A stretch of 64,000 nt of DNA from an uncultured Armatimonadia bacterium (lineage in GTDB: Bacteria; Armatimonadota; Zipacnadia; CAVVLO01), in NCBI GenBank assembly GCA_963749155.1, contig CAVVLO010000002.1, positions 928,001 through 992,000 of the forward strand. The letters run 5' to 3'. The notes under the pieces were generated by a model that was given only the letters and a program-made list of their open reading frames with translations, had not been told where the DNA came from and ran no database searches. How positions within the stretch are numbered: position 1 is the first letter of the stretch; each line of letters starts with the position of its first letter. Position numbers and translations under genes: made by a program. Below are positions 49,234 through 58,940 of this stretch, in pieces.

Positions 49234-51077
49234 TCCCCAACACCAGGCAAAACAAACAGGCTCACGCGGTTTTGCGAGGTGAGCAATCGCAGTTCTCTCT
49301 TTGCGACAAGCTCCTCCAGCAAGGCGGGCAGGCGGCCAGTCTTGGGCATAAAGCTGAAATTCACCAGCATATAGTCATAACCTTGTCGGTGTAGCTCCTC
49401 AATAAGCGCCTCAGCATCTGCCAGTTTCGAATAATCTACCAGCAACTGGTATTCCTGTTCGCCCCAGAGATAGCCTCGATCGAGATAAAGGAGTCGCGGT
49501 TCGCCATAACATATGACCTTGGCGTCTTGAGGAAGGTTGCGATTTGCCCAGGCCAGAGTCTCATAGGGTTGCAGACCGGCTGTGAGCCAGGGCTCTGGTT
49601 CCGCCAAGCCGACAGCGACAGGCAACTTCACCAGAGAAGGCAAAACCAGCCCAGGCAGGTTAGCGAGAAGGCCAATCCCAAGCGCAGTCGCAATCGCCCA
49701 GCGCACCTTGGGCGCGCGTTTCCACAGTTCGACGAAAGCCCATCCGCCAGTCGCCGCCCAGATAGCCACCGAAGGCAGTAGATAGCGGATCTGCTGCATG
49801 CTGACAAACCAGCCAAGTGCCAGCAACAACGCCGCCAGATTGGCCCACTTGAGGCTCGAGGGAAGAGGCTTTACCAGTAAAGCCAAGGGCGTCAGTGCCA
49901 GGAAGAGCGGACCGATCTCGCCAAGCAACGAGCCGCTGTCGAAGAAAGCAGCCGCATTGAAAGTCAGGTCGAAGGGCAGCCTGATAAACTGCAGCGGCGA
50001 ATGGCCCAGGCCAAAGGCGAGTTGCTCTGCCCTGTAATGAGCGGCAGCCTCGGCCGACCAGTTGGCCCCACCGAAAATCGAGTAAAGAAAGGGATATACT
50101 GGATTTCCCGTCCAGGCCCAACTGCGAAGGAACCAGGGCAGGGCGATTAGCAAGGCCGGTAGACCAACCATCGCCAATCGACCGACAAGAACCCCGATGC
50201 GCTCTCTCTGCTTCAGCCCTGCCAGCAGCAGAAGCGCGCATACAATTACGAGCCACATCAGGCTTGAGAGTTTGAATCCGATGGCAGCGCCAACCAGCAG
50301 GCCGGTAAGCACCCAGAGCCGTGGCCTCGGTTGCTCAAGCGCCGCTAGTAAAGTGACCAGGCTGGCAAGCGTTGCCCAAACGAGTGCCAGGTCAATATAG
50401 GCGATAGTGGCTTCCCATAATATAACTGGCGCTGAAACGAGCAGCAGGGCAGCCAGCATACCCCCGCCCTTGCCTGCGCGCTGGGCAAGTGAATAAACCA
50501 GCAGCGCTGTGAGCAGCAGGAAAACCCAATGCAGCATCTGGGCTGCCGCAAGAGGCCCCAGGACGGCTGGTAGCGTGAAGACGAGTTCCAGCGCGAAGGG
50601 CTGGCTTGCGTGTTTTATGAAGGGCACATAGTGCATCTGGCCCGCTTCGGCGTAAAGCTTCGGCACGGCCAGGTGGTAAGAAATCGCATCCCAGTCATTC
50701 ACCCCTGGCGGAGCCAGAGTCTGCACCAGCGCGAGCAACAGCAGCAGCGCAGTCAGCAGTGAAAAAACTTTGTTGGCCTTCGTTACCCGCAAGGTGGCGC
50801 GCAGCAACCGGGGGGTCACTTTTCCAAGAGGGACGATGCCCCAGGAAATTAGCGCCGCCAGCAAAGCCAGCAGGGCCAGCGGAGAAAGCAGCCCAAGCGC
50901 GCCGAACAGCAGCATCACAAGCGAGAGCAAGGTGAATCCAAGTCCAACTGCCAGCGAGATTCGCGCCGCCAGGCCGAGCTGTGCAATGAAAAACAATCGC
51001 TCCAGGCGCGCGCCAGCGCTCGCGGCCGCAAGGGTCACGAGGGCAGCAAGCGCAATTGCCTGAAGCTGATCGGGCAT
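49230..51077 (-). CDS. GT-C fold (ArnT/PMT-like) polyprenyl-phosphate-sugar glycosyltransferase
   Basis: PP...WDAISYHLAVPK, AYIDL, PWF.RSW..TGNPVYPF, Q.RYLLP; many TM helices. Confidence 0.7.
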   Translation of the reverse strand: MPDQLQAIALAALVTLAAASAGARLERLFFIAQLGLAARISLAVGLGFTLLSLVMLLFGALGLLSPLALLALLAALISWGIVPLGKVTPRLLRATLRVTKANKVFSLLTALLLLLALVQTLAPPGVNDWDAISYHLAVPKLYAEAGQMHYVPFIKHASQPFALELVFTLPAVLGPLAAAQMLHWVFLLLTALLVYSLAQRAGKGGGMLAALLLVSAPVILWEATIAYIDLALVWATLASLVTLLAALEQPRPRLWVLTGLLVGAAIGFKLSSLMWLVIVCALLLLAGLKQRERIGVLVGRLAMVGLPALLIALPWFLRSWAWTGNPVYPFLYSIFGGANWSAEAAAHYRAEQLAFGLGHSPLQFIRLPFDLTFNAAAFFDSGSLLGEIGPLFLALTPLALLVKPLPSSLKWANLAALLLALGWFVSMQQIRYLLPSVAIWAATGGWAFVELWKRAPKVRWAIATALGIGLLANLPGLVLPSLVKLPVAVGLAEPEPWLTAGLQPYETLAWANRNLPQDAKVICYGEPRLLYLDRGYLWGEQEYQLLVDYSKLADAEALIEELHRQGYDYMLVNFSFMPKTGRLPALLEELVAKRELRLLTSQNRVSLFVLPGVGE

Positions 51078-51081
51078 CCAG

Positions 51082-51222
51082 CTAACCTCCGAGGAATAAC
51101 GCCAGCTTTTGGGCTAGCGCATAAAGAGTGATGACAAGCGCCCAGCCAGCCAGGAGTAACAGCAAGGGGCCTTGCTCCAGACGCAGTCCCGAGGAGGCGG
51201 GAGGTTCGTGTTTTTGTTTCAC
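51082..51222 (-). CDS. 46-aa single-TM microprotein
   Basis: Not in the ORF track. GTG overlaps the upstream TGA (GTGA); MKQKHEPPASSGLRLEQGPLLLLLAGWALVITLYALAQKLALFLGG fills the gap and its end carries the GGAGG RBS of the next gene. Confidence 0.6.
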   Translation of the reverse strand: MKQKHEPPASSGLRLEQGPLLLLLAGWALVITLYALAQKLALFLGG

Positions 51223-51944
51223 AGTGAGATGACCTCCCAGTCAGTTATGCGCCAGTCGCCAGGGGCGCCTTCCAGAGTCAGCGCCCCCACAGTCTTCGCG
51301 TGGTCGCCGCTATGCACTATATATGAATTGCCATATTCCAGTGGTTGCTCGGACAGACTGTGCGTATGGCCCCCGAGAATCAGGTCGAAATCGGCAACTT
51401 CTGCAAGCCGTTTGTCCTCGCCGATACCAATATGAGTCAGCGCAATCAGCAGGTCGGCTTGCTCGCGCAGTTCGATGGCGGTGTCCATACCCGCGGTTAT
51501 CGGGTCGAGGAAACTGGCTTTCGTCACGCCCTGCCAGAAGGTGCCTGGCCTCACCATTGGCACCATCAGGCCAGTTATACCGATACGGATTCCCTGATGC
51601 TCAAGCAGGAGATACGCTTGCAGTCCAGTTTTACTGGACTCAGGCAGCTTGAGGTTCGCGCACACAAGCGGCATCGAGAAGCGACCGGCTTTGCGCGCAA
51701 GCCCAGCCTCCCAAAGGTGGAATTCGCGATTGCCGAGGGTCTTGGCAGTGTAATCCAGGCCATTCATAAGGCCAACTAGCGGTTCTTCGAGCAGGCCAAG
51801 TCCTACATTGGCGGCCCTCAGGGCATCTCCACAGTCAAAAAGCAGCGCGCCTCGAGCCTGTTTTAGCTCTCTGAGGTGTTCTGCCTTCTCCGGCGTCAGT
51901 TGCCCGTGGAAGTCCGAGGTGTGCAGCAAGCAGAGCCGGGCCAT
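51219..51944 (-). CDS. Calcineurin-like metallophosphoesterase (UshA/5'-nucleotidase N-terminal domain only)
   Basis: HTSDFHG, DCGD, LGNREF, LTHIG, ILGGHTH; no signal peptide and no C-terminal 5'-nucleotidase domain. Confidence 0.85.
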   Translation of the reverse strand: MARLCLLHTSDFHGQLTPEKAEHLRELKQARGALLFDCGDALRAANVGLGLLEEPLVGLMNGLDYTAKTLGNREFHLWEAGLARKAGRFSMPLVCANLKLPESSKTGLQAYLLLEHQGIRIGITGLMVPMVRPGTFWQGVTKASFLDPITAGMDTAIELREQADLLIALTHIGIGEDKRLAEVADFDLILGGHTHSLSEQPLEYGNSYIVHSGDHAKTVGALTLEGAPGDWRITDWEVISL

Positions 51945-51956
51945 CTCGCGGGCCTC

Positions 51957-52508
51957 CTACTGGGCCAGATACCAGTCTACGACTTGCTTCAGCTTGCCCT
52001 GCTCGCGCAGCAACCAAACTAGCAGCTCACGGACCGCCGAGTCGCCTCCGCTGCGGGTGGAGACATGCGCCGCGAGCGCCTTTATCTCGTCAGGCGCATT
52101 TGCGACCGCCAGTGGCAGCCCGCAGACCTTGAGCCCGGCGGCATCCACATAGTCATCGCCGATAAAAGCGCACTCTTCCAGGGTCACGTTGTTGAGACGA
52201 CAAAGTTTTTTCAGGGCGTCGCCCTTATTGTTCATCCCCTGGATGACATTGTAGGGGGCGACTTTGAATTCTCTTGCTCGCCTGCGGACTGTCTCTGACC
52301 TGCGCCCTGTCGCGAGCGCCAGTATTAGCCCAGCCTTGCGGGCGGCGGCGAAAGCCCAGCCATCAGCAGCATCGAAGGATTTGATGAAATCGCCCTGCTC
52401 GGTAAAGTAGATGCGCCCATCGGTCAGGGTGCCGTCCACATCCATCGCCACCAGTTTGATGCGCTGGCAGGCGGTGTTGAGGTCAGTCTTCCACAGCGGT
52501 TCTTCCAC
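51957..52508 (-). CDS. kdsC: KDO 8-phosphate phosphatase
   Basis: MDVDGTLTDG, F...DG, TGR.S, IGDD..D, GG..AVRE. Confidence 0.93.
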   Translation of the reverse strand: MEEPLWKTDLNTACQRIKLVAMDVDGTLTDGRIYFTEQGDFIKSFDAADGWAFAAARKAGLILALATGRRSETVRRRAREFKVAPYNVIQGMNNKGDALKKLCRLNNVTLEECAFIGDDYVDAAGLKVCGLPLAVANAPDEIKALAAHVSTRSGGDSAVRELLVWLLREQGKLKQVVDWYLAQ

Positions 52509-52511
52509 GAA

Positions 52512-53483
52512 TTACACCACTTTGCTCTTCAGCAGGTCTTGTACGTCAATTACGCCAAGGCAATTGCCTTGCTCATCCACCACAGGCAGGTTGTCCAGTT
52601 CGCGTGCTTCCATCAGGGCAAGCGCTTCGGTGGCCAGCTTGTCTGGTGCGATAGTCGTGGGATTCTTCGTCATCACATCACCGATACGGCTCTGAAGCAC
52701 ATCGCGGTCCTTCTTGAGACTGCGGCGCAGGTCGCCATCGGTGAAGATCCCAAGTAGCTTGCCTTCGGGTGAGATAATATTGGCGACGCCTCGCAGCTCG
52801 GAACTCATCATCAGCAGCAGAGTCTCTTCGACTGTGGCGTCGGGGCCGATTGTCGGATTATGCTCGCCTTTGTGCATCACATCGCCCACCCGCAGCATTG
52901 CGCGACCAAGCGCCCCCGCGGGATGGAAAAGCGCGAACTGCTCGCGCGTGAACTGACGCGCCTTCATCACGGTGACCGCAAGCGCATCCCCCATGGCAAG
53001 CAGCGCGGTAGTGCTGGTCGTTGGCGCCAGGTTGTGCGGACAGGCTTCGCGCTTGACGCGCACAGGCAGGACCAGGTCGGCAGCCTGGGCAAGCTGGCTT
53101 TCCGGCACTCCAGTCATACAGGCGAGTTTTGCGCCAAGTCGGCGTATGGTCGGCACCAGACGCAAGACTTCGTCGGTGCTGCCACTATGAGAAAGCGCAA
53201 TTATGAGGTCTCGTTTCGTGACCATCCCCAGGTCGCCGTGGACGGCTTCAGCCGGGTGGAGGAACAAGGCAGGGGTGCCCGTACTCGCGAAGGTAGAAGC
53301 AAGTTTGCTGGCAACTGCGCCGCTCTTGCCGATACCGGTCATTATGACGCGTCCCTCGAGGCCAAGGATTATCTCGACCAGCTCGGAGAAACACTCGTCC
53401 AGGCCTTCGGCAAGCTGCTGGATAGCCTCGCTCTCGAGGTGCAGGGCTTCGCGGCCACTTGCAAGATACTCCTCCCGGCTCAA
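52512..53483 (-). CDS. kdsD: Arabinose-5-phosphate isomerase (KpsF/GutQ, SIS + 2 CBS)
   Basis: TGIGKSG, HPAEA.HGDLG, EACP.NLAPT.ST, FHP.GALG, CBS pair. Confidence 0.95.
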   Translation of the reverse strand: MSREEYLASGREALHLESEAIQQLAEGLDECFSELVEIILGLEGRVIMTGIGKSGAVASKLASTFASTGTPALFLHPAEAVHGDLGMVTKRDLIIALSHSGSTDEVLRLVPTIRRLGAKLACMTGVPESQLAQAADLVLPVRVKREACPHNLAPTTSTTALLAMGDALAVTVMKARQFTREQFALFHPAGALGRAMLRVGDVMHKGEHNPTIGPDATVEETLLLMMSSELRGVANIISPEGKLLGIFTDGDLRRSLKKDRDVLQSRIGDVMTKNPTTIAPDKLATEALALMEARELDNLPVVDEQGNCLGVIDVQDLLKSKVV

Positions 53484-54307
53484 ACCGACTCCCTCCTGAC
53501 AAGTTCAGAAAGCGCTTTGCACTGACGGGCCGTGCGACGGAAAGCTTCGAGGTCCAGCATATTCGGCCCGTCCGAGAGCGCAGCCGAAGGATCTTCATGT
53601 ACCTCGAAAAAGAGCGCGCTTAGCGCGCCAGTTGCGACCGCGGCGCGCGCAAGCACTGGCGCCAGGCGCGAATCGCCTCCCGATTTCCCTCCCGCCCCGC
53701 TTGGTTTCTGCACACTATGAGTGGCATCGAAAACCACCGGATAACCGAGTTCGGCCATCTCTACAAGGCCTCGCATATCCACTACGAGGTTGTGGTAACC
53801 GAAAGCGCTGCCTCGCTCGCACAGCAGAATCTGATTGTTGCCGGTACTCTCAATTTTTTTCGCGGCCCAGATCATATCGCCCGGCGCGGCCATCTGCATC
53901 TTCTTCACATTTACAGGCTTGCCAGTTTCGCCAGCGGCGACCAGCAGGTCGGTCTGGCGCGCCAGCATCGCCGGAATCTGCAGCAAATCCGCGACAGAAC
54001 CAACCGGATCGGCCTGCCATACCTCGTGTAAATCAGTACATATTGGAAGACCCGAAGCCGCGCGCGCTTTGGAGAGGATATCCAGTCCAGCTTCCATTCC
54101 TGGCCCGCGATAACTGTCTACCGAGGTGCGATTGGCTTTGTCGAAGGAAGCCTTGAAAATCAGTGGCAAGCCTTCTTCGCGGGCGATCTCGGCAAGCGCC
54201 ATCGCAAGTTTCACCGTGTGTTCTTCCGATTCGATGACACAAGGTCCGGCGATAAAGAGTAGCGGGGCAGTTTCGCCCACGGGCAGTTTTGCAATTTTGA
54301 AACTCAT
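53480..54307 (-). CDS. kdsA: KDO 8-phosphate synthase (metal-dependent type)
   Basis: AGPCVIES, FDKANRTS, ERG..FGY..LVVD, DATHSVQ, E.H..P..A.SDG. Confidence 0.96.
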   Translation of the reverse strand: MSFKIAKLPVGETAPLLFIAGPCVIESEEHTVKLAMALAEIAREEGLPLIFKASFDKANRTSVDSYRGPGMEAGLDILSKARAASGLPICTDLHEVWQADPVGSVADLLQIPAMLARQTDLLVAAGETGKPVNVKKMQMAAPGDMIWAAKKIESTGNNQILLCERGSAFGYHNLVVDMRGLVEMAELGYPVVFDATHSVQKPSGAGGKSGGDSRLAPVLARAAVATGALSALFFEVHEDPSAALSDGPNMLDLEAFRRTARQCKALSELVRRESV

Positions 54308-54314
54308 CTCGGAG

Positions 54315-55058
54315 TCACTTCTTCTTTAGCAACTCGGCAGCAAGCTCGCGCGCCGCTTCAAGGTCAGCGGGCGTGTCAATGCCAAGTGAGATGTGGTCGG
54401 TATCGCCCACGAAAATCCGGTGGCCGTTCTCCATTACCTTTAACTGTTCGAGCGACTCGGAAAGCTGCAAGGTAGTCGGCGGCAACTTGGCCATCCCAAG
54501 CAGGAAGTCCCGCTTGTAGGCATAGACGCCCAGGTGGATAAAATGGGGCACATCCATTATTTCGCCATCGCGCACGTAGGGGATGGGCCAGCGCGAGAAG
54601 TAGAGGGCGAAACCCGCCAGATCGCGCACAACCTTCACTTTGTTCGGATCCATCACTTCCTCTTTGCCTGTCGGAACGCGGCAGAGGGTACTCATCAGCA
54701 GGTCGGGATACTTCTCGAAGGGAGCCACGAGTTCGTCAACGACGGTGCGAGAGAGGAAAGGCTCATCTCCCTGCAGGTTGCAGACGATGTCACAGTCCAG
54801 CCCAGCCGCCACTTCGGCGATGCGGTCGGTGCCGGTGATGTGGTCGGAGCTTGTCAGCGCAGCTTTACCACCGAAACCTTCGACGACATCCACCAGTCGC
54901 TGGCTGTCAGTGGCGACGATAACCTCATCGGCGCGGCCACTGGCGGTGCCTGCTTCATAAACCCATTGCACTATCGGCTTGCCCATAAGGTCGGCCAGAG
55001 GCTTGTCAGGCAGGCGAGTTGCAGCAAGCCGCGCAGGTATGACTACTACGACCTTCAT
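54315..55058 (-). CDS. kdsB: CMP-KDO synthetase
   Basis: IPAR..ATRLP.KPL, TGTDR..E, N.QGDEP, ALYFSR, ESLEQL. Confidence 0.96.
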   Translation of the reverse strand: MKVVVVIPARLAATRLPDKPLADLMGKPIVQWVYEAGTASGRADEVIVATDSQRLVDVVEGFGGKAALTSSDHITGTDRIAEVAAGLDCDIVCNLQGDEPFLSRTVVDELVAPFEKYPDLLMSTLCRVPTGKEEVMDPNKVKVVRDLAGFALYFSRWPIPYVRDGEIMDVPHFIHLGVYAYKRDFLLGMAKLPPTTLQLSESLEQLKVMENGHRIFVGDTDHISLGIDTPADLEAARELAAELLKKK

Positions 55059-55546
55059 TTTGCTTCCTCCTCGCGCATCTGCTGGATTACGGCGGTGGTG
55101 GACCTGCCATCGTGAAAGGCCAGGATGTGGATACGCCCTCCCAGGCTCTTCACGAGCGGCGCCTCGGGCAAGGTCTCGGGTGTGTAATCTCCGCCCTTGG
55201 CGTGGACAGAGGGCCTGATGGCCGCGATATTATCGTCAGGACGATCTTCTTCAAAGATGACCACATAATCTACGCACTCGAGCGCGCCCAGCAGCATCGC
55301 GCGCTCATGTTCGGGAAAGACAGGCCGGCTTGGACCTTTAAGGCGTTTTACCGAGGCATCGCTGTTGAGAGAGACTATCAGAAGGTCCCCTTGAGCCCTG
55401 GCTTCGTTGAGTGATTTGATATGCCCAACGTGAAGCACATCAAAGCAGCCATTGGTGTGGACGATGGTCTTGCCCTCGGCATGCAGCAGATCGGCAATCC
55501 GGGTAATCTGCTCTCGAGTCTTGAGCTTGCCTGCTGGATAACGCAT
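55055..55546 (-). CDS. rfaE2: D-glycero-beta-D-manno-heptose 1-phosphate adenylyltransferase
   Basis: TNGCFDVLHVGH, LNSD.SV.RLKG..RP, KGGDY, STT. Confidence 0.9.
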   Translation of the reverse strand: MRYPAGKLKTREQITRIADLLHAEGKTIVHTNGCFDVLHVGHIKSLNEARAQGDLLIVSLNSDASVKRLKGPSRPVFPEHERAMLLGALECVDYVVIFEEDRPDDNIAAIRPSVHAKGGDYTPETLPEAPLVKSLGGRIHILAFHDGRSTTAVIQQMREEEAK

Positions 55547-55578
55547 TTGGTTCAGCTCCTGGTGAGAAGATGGGGCCT

Positions 55579-56549
55579 TCAGGAGGCCGGGCAGTCAGGT
55601 GGAGCTTGCTTCATCCCATCCGGGGCGCTCTTGGGATCAGTCTTCCACCGCCTATGGACCCAGAACCACTCCTCTGGATGACGGCGGATCTGATCTTCGA
55701 TAGCCTTGGTGAAGGCCACGGTATTATCGTAAATGTCGCGTTGCAGATCGCCCGTGCGCACGATTTTAATTGGGGGAAGAATGTGTCCGATATGACGGTC
55801 GTTGGCGTCACGCTCTACAAAGGCTGGCACTACAACAGCGCCGCTCTTGATAGCGAAAGTGGCAGGCCCGGTGAAGGTAGAGGCCTCTCTCCAGAGGAAA
55901 GGCACGAAGATACCCCTGCGGCCAGCATTCTGGTCCATCAGAATAGCCAGGACCATATTCTGCTTGAGTGCCCGGAAAGCTTTGAGTGGTGAACTCATTG
56001 GGATCACTTGCAACCCGTTACGGCTTCGCGTAGCCATCCCAAAAAGCTCTATCAACGGATCGTGGAGCTTTTTGGCGATGGCAGCCAGGGGGTAACCCTT
56101 CTGCACCAGCCGGGCGCCCATAAGCTCCCAGTTGCCATAGTGGGCGGTGAGCAGAAGGACTCCCTTACCTTTGGCCAGAGCCGCGTCCAGATGCTCGATT
56201 CCCTCGATTGTGACACTTTTCTCGAGTTCCTCTTCTGTCCAGCGGAAGGAGTTGAGTACCTCCAACATTGTCTTGGCAGCGTTTCTAACTGACAGGAGCG
56301 CCAGCCTGCGACACTCTTTGGGGCTCTTCTCGGGAAAAGACGGCGAAGCTGCTGATAGGCAGTTATGCGCACGCGCGGCACAACAGGCCCAATCAGGTTT
56401 ACAATTGTATTGAGCAAAAAATATTGAGACTTCATAGGCAGCCGGGAGATATGCCGCGCCCACAGGACAGTGAGCGCGCGCCCAGCATTACGGCTAAGCT
56501 GGCTCAGCAGTCGCTTGGAGAAGGCTCCAGGCAACCTGACTTTCATCAT
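55579..56549 (-). CDS. lpxL: Lipid A late acyltransferase (LpxL/HtrB family); frameshift near 56333
   Basis: HYGNWE, DQN.G..G.FVPF, IR.HPE.WFW.HRRWK; N-terminus is in ORF 56052-56549 up to LFP, then shifts to EKSPKECRR. Confidence 0.85.
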
Positions 56550-57643
56550 CGGATCACATCATCAAGCAGGAGCGTCAGTCGCGTCGCAAGGAGGCTGGCG
56601 CCAAGCTCAAGGGTAAGTTGGGCCTGAACAATTCGCAAGGTCGCGGGAAGTTCAAGGCCGGCCAATTTTACCGCATCCTTCTCTGTGCAGACAATCACCG
56701 TCGCTCCAAGCGCCTGCCGGCGGGCTTCCAGTTCCATTATTTCGTCTTGCGTGTAGGAATGGTGATCAGGAAAAGACGCCAACTCGACCACTTTCGCGCC
56801 AGCCTGGCCAAGTGAAGCCTCAAAGCCTGCCGGGTTGCCGAGTCCGCAGAAAGCCAGCACCGACAGGTCTTGTAGCGCCTCAGGTCCAGCTTCTTCCCAC
56901 TGGCCGGGGGTCGCCAGTCTGACCAGTTCGTATTCAGCCCGCGCAACAGGCACAGAAGGAGCTTTACGTCCGACCAGGTCCATCACAGCGGCAAGTTCGG
57001 CCTGGCTCGCTTCCCCTGTGATAACGCAACAAGCAGCGTGCTCGAGCAAATCCAGGGGTTCTCTTAAAGCGCCCAGGGGAAGCAGCCGGCCTGCTTTCAG
57101 AGTCTGCCTGACATGGAGCAGCAATATATCAGCGTCGCGTTGCAACTTGAGATATTGAAATCCATCATCGAGCAGAGCCAGCTCGCAACCTGCCTGCTGA
57201 GCAAGGCGCAGGCTCTGCTGGCGTTGTTTGCCGACAACGATAACTGCCTCTGGCAGTTGCCGCTTCAGCATCAGCGCCTCATCTCCGACCAGTTCGGCAA
57301 GAGAGTCGCTCTCGACCACCTGGGAGGCGCCAGATTTGCCCCTGTAGCCGCGCAGCAAGAGGGCGGGACGATAACCTTCCTCAACGAGTAATTCCCACAG
57401 CCAGGCTACAAAGGCGCTTTTGCCAGTGCCCCCGACGCTGAGGTTGCCCACGGAGATAACGGGGAGGACAGGCTTTTCTCTCGGCAATAAGCCTCTTTCG
57501 TAAATCCACCGGTGGCCTTTGGCCATTAGCCAGCCGAGGGGAAAAAGCAGATAACACAGCAGGAGGAGGAGCCTGGCCTTGAAGTCTCGCCGGTCTTCGT
57601 AGACCGCCTGCGTCCAGAGTCGTTCCAGTCCGCCCTCAGCCAT
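56546..57643 (-). CDS. lpxK: Tetraacyldisaccharide 4'-kinase
   Basis: VISVGNLSVGGTGK, RGY, GDE, LDDGFQ..L.RD, LREP, FPDHH, TEKD.VK. Confidence 0.95.
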   Translation of the reverse strand: MAEGGLERLWTQAVYEDRRDFKARLLLLLCYLLFPLGWLMAKGHRWIYERGLLPREKPVLPVISVGNLSVGGTGKSAFVAWLWELLVEEGYRPALLLRGYRGKSGASQVVESDSLAELVGDEALMLKRQLPEAVIVVGKQRQQSLRLAQQAGCELALLDDGFQYLKLQRDADILLLHVRQTLKAGRLLPLGALREPLDLLEHAACCVITGEASQAELAAVMDLVGRKAPSVPVARAEYELVRLATPGQWEEAGPEALQDLSVLAFCGLGNPAGFEASLGQAGAKVVELASFPDHHSYTQDEIMELEARRQALGATVIVCTEKDAVKLAGLELPATLRIVQAQLTLELGASLLATRLTLLLDDVIR

Positions 57644-58940
57644 CGGCGCGCTCTAGCAACTCGGTCAGTTTGGCAACTGTGCGCTCGGAAGCACCTTTGT
57701 TGGCAGCCAGGAAGGCCTTCGCTCGAGCGCCAAAACTGGCGAGAAGCTCCTCGTCTCGCATCAGCCGTATGACCGCCTCGGCCAGGGCCTGCTCGTCCTC
57801 TACGACGTAGCAGACGTCCGCTTCAGTAGCCAGTTCGACAAGGCTGCGGAAATTTTGAAAATGAGGGCCAGTCAGGGGAGGCTTGCCATGCGCAAGCGGT
57901 TGCAGCAGGTTCTGCCCGCCCCAGTTGATAAGACTGCCACCCAGGAAAGCCAGTCGCGCAATCGCATAAACGCGCGCAAGCTCGCCCAGTGTATTCAACA
58001 ACACAATTTGCCTGCCTGATGTGACAGCACCAGGCTGCACCTCGGTGCGCAGGAGAGGCTCAAAACCTGCAGTTTTAAGCAGTTGCACCACTTCAGGCAC
58101 GCGATGCAAGTGCCGGGGCGCAATCAGGAGTCTGGCTTCGGGCACTGCGAGGCGTATTTGCTCGAAGGCGGTGAGAAGCTTGGCTTCTTCCCCCTCGCGG
58201 GTGCTGCCACAGACCAGCACCAGGTCGCCCTCGGCAAAACCAAGCTGGCGCTTCAAGGCCGCGGCTTCTTCGGGAGAGACTTCCGGCTCTGGCTCCTCGA
58301 ACTTCGTGTTACCACCCACTGCAGCCCTCTCTCGAGGCGCGCCGAAGGCCAGAGCGCGTTCCAGGTCGGCTTTCGACTGCATCAGGATGGCATCCAGTTG
58401 GCGATAGATAGCCCGGTAATACCACTTGAGCCTGGCGCCGCGTTTGAGCGTCCTGTCGCTGATACGCCCATTGGCCAGCATTAGAGGGATGCCCCGTTTA
58501 CGCGCCAGGAAGACCAGGTTGTACCAAAGCTCGCTCTCCATGAGTACCAGTGCGTCAGGCTTGAGGCGGGCGAAAGCTCTGCGCACGAACCAGGGGATAT
58601 CAAAAGGCAGATAAACCACCAGATCGGCAGGCAGATTACGTTTGGCGACCATCTCTCTACCCGTTGGGGTGACGGTCGAGAGGATCAGGCGGCAGTCGAG
58701 AGCGGCCTTGATGGCGTGGGCAAGCGGAGCGGCAGCGACGACTTCACCAACTGACACCGCATGAAGCCAGATAACAGGCTTGCCAGGCTCGAAGAAACCT
58801 TCAGGCACCTCGTAGAGCCCCCGGCGCTCGCGCCAGGTACCCTTTTCCTTGCCAGAGGCAAGCCGCCGATAAAGGAGATACAGCCCCAACCAGGGCGAGG
58901 CTAATAACAACAACGTATTGTATAGGTAGTAAATCCCCAT
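57636..58940 (-). CDS. waaA: KDO transferase
   Basis: W.HAVSVGE, YLPFD, E.ELW, NGRIS, GNTKF, STREGEE, APRH, F.GGS....GGQN. Confidence 0.95.
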   Translation of the reverse strand: MGIYYLYNTLLLLASPWLGLYLLYRRLASGKEKGTWRERRGLYEVPEGFFEPGKPVIWLHAVSVGEVVAAAPLAHAIKAALDCRLILSTVTPTGREMVAKRNLPADLVVYLPFDIPWFVRRAFARLKPDALVLMESELWYNLVFLARKRGIPLMLANGRISDRTLKRGARLKWYYRAIYRQLDAILMQSKADLERALAFGAPRERAAVGGNTKFEEPEPEVSPEEAAALKRQLGFAEGDLVLVCGSTREGEEAKLLTAFEQIRLAVPEARLLIAPRHLHRVPEVVQLLKTAGFEPLLRTEVQPGAVTSGRQIVLLNTLGELARVYAIARLAFLGGSLINWGGQNLLQPLAHGKPPLTGPHFQNFRSLVELATEADVCYVVEDEQALAEAVIRLMRDEELLASFGARAKAFLAANKGASERTVAKLTELLERADG

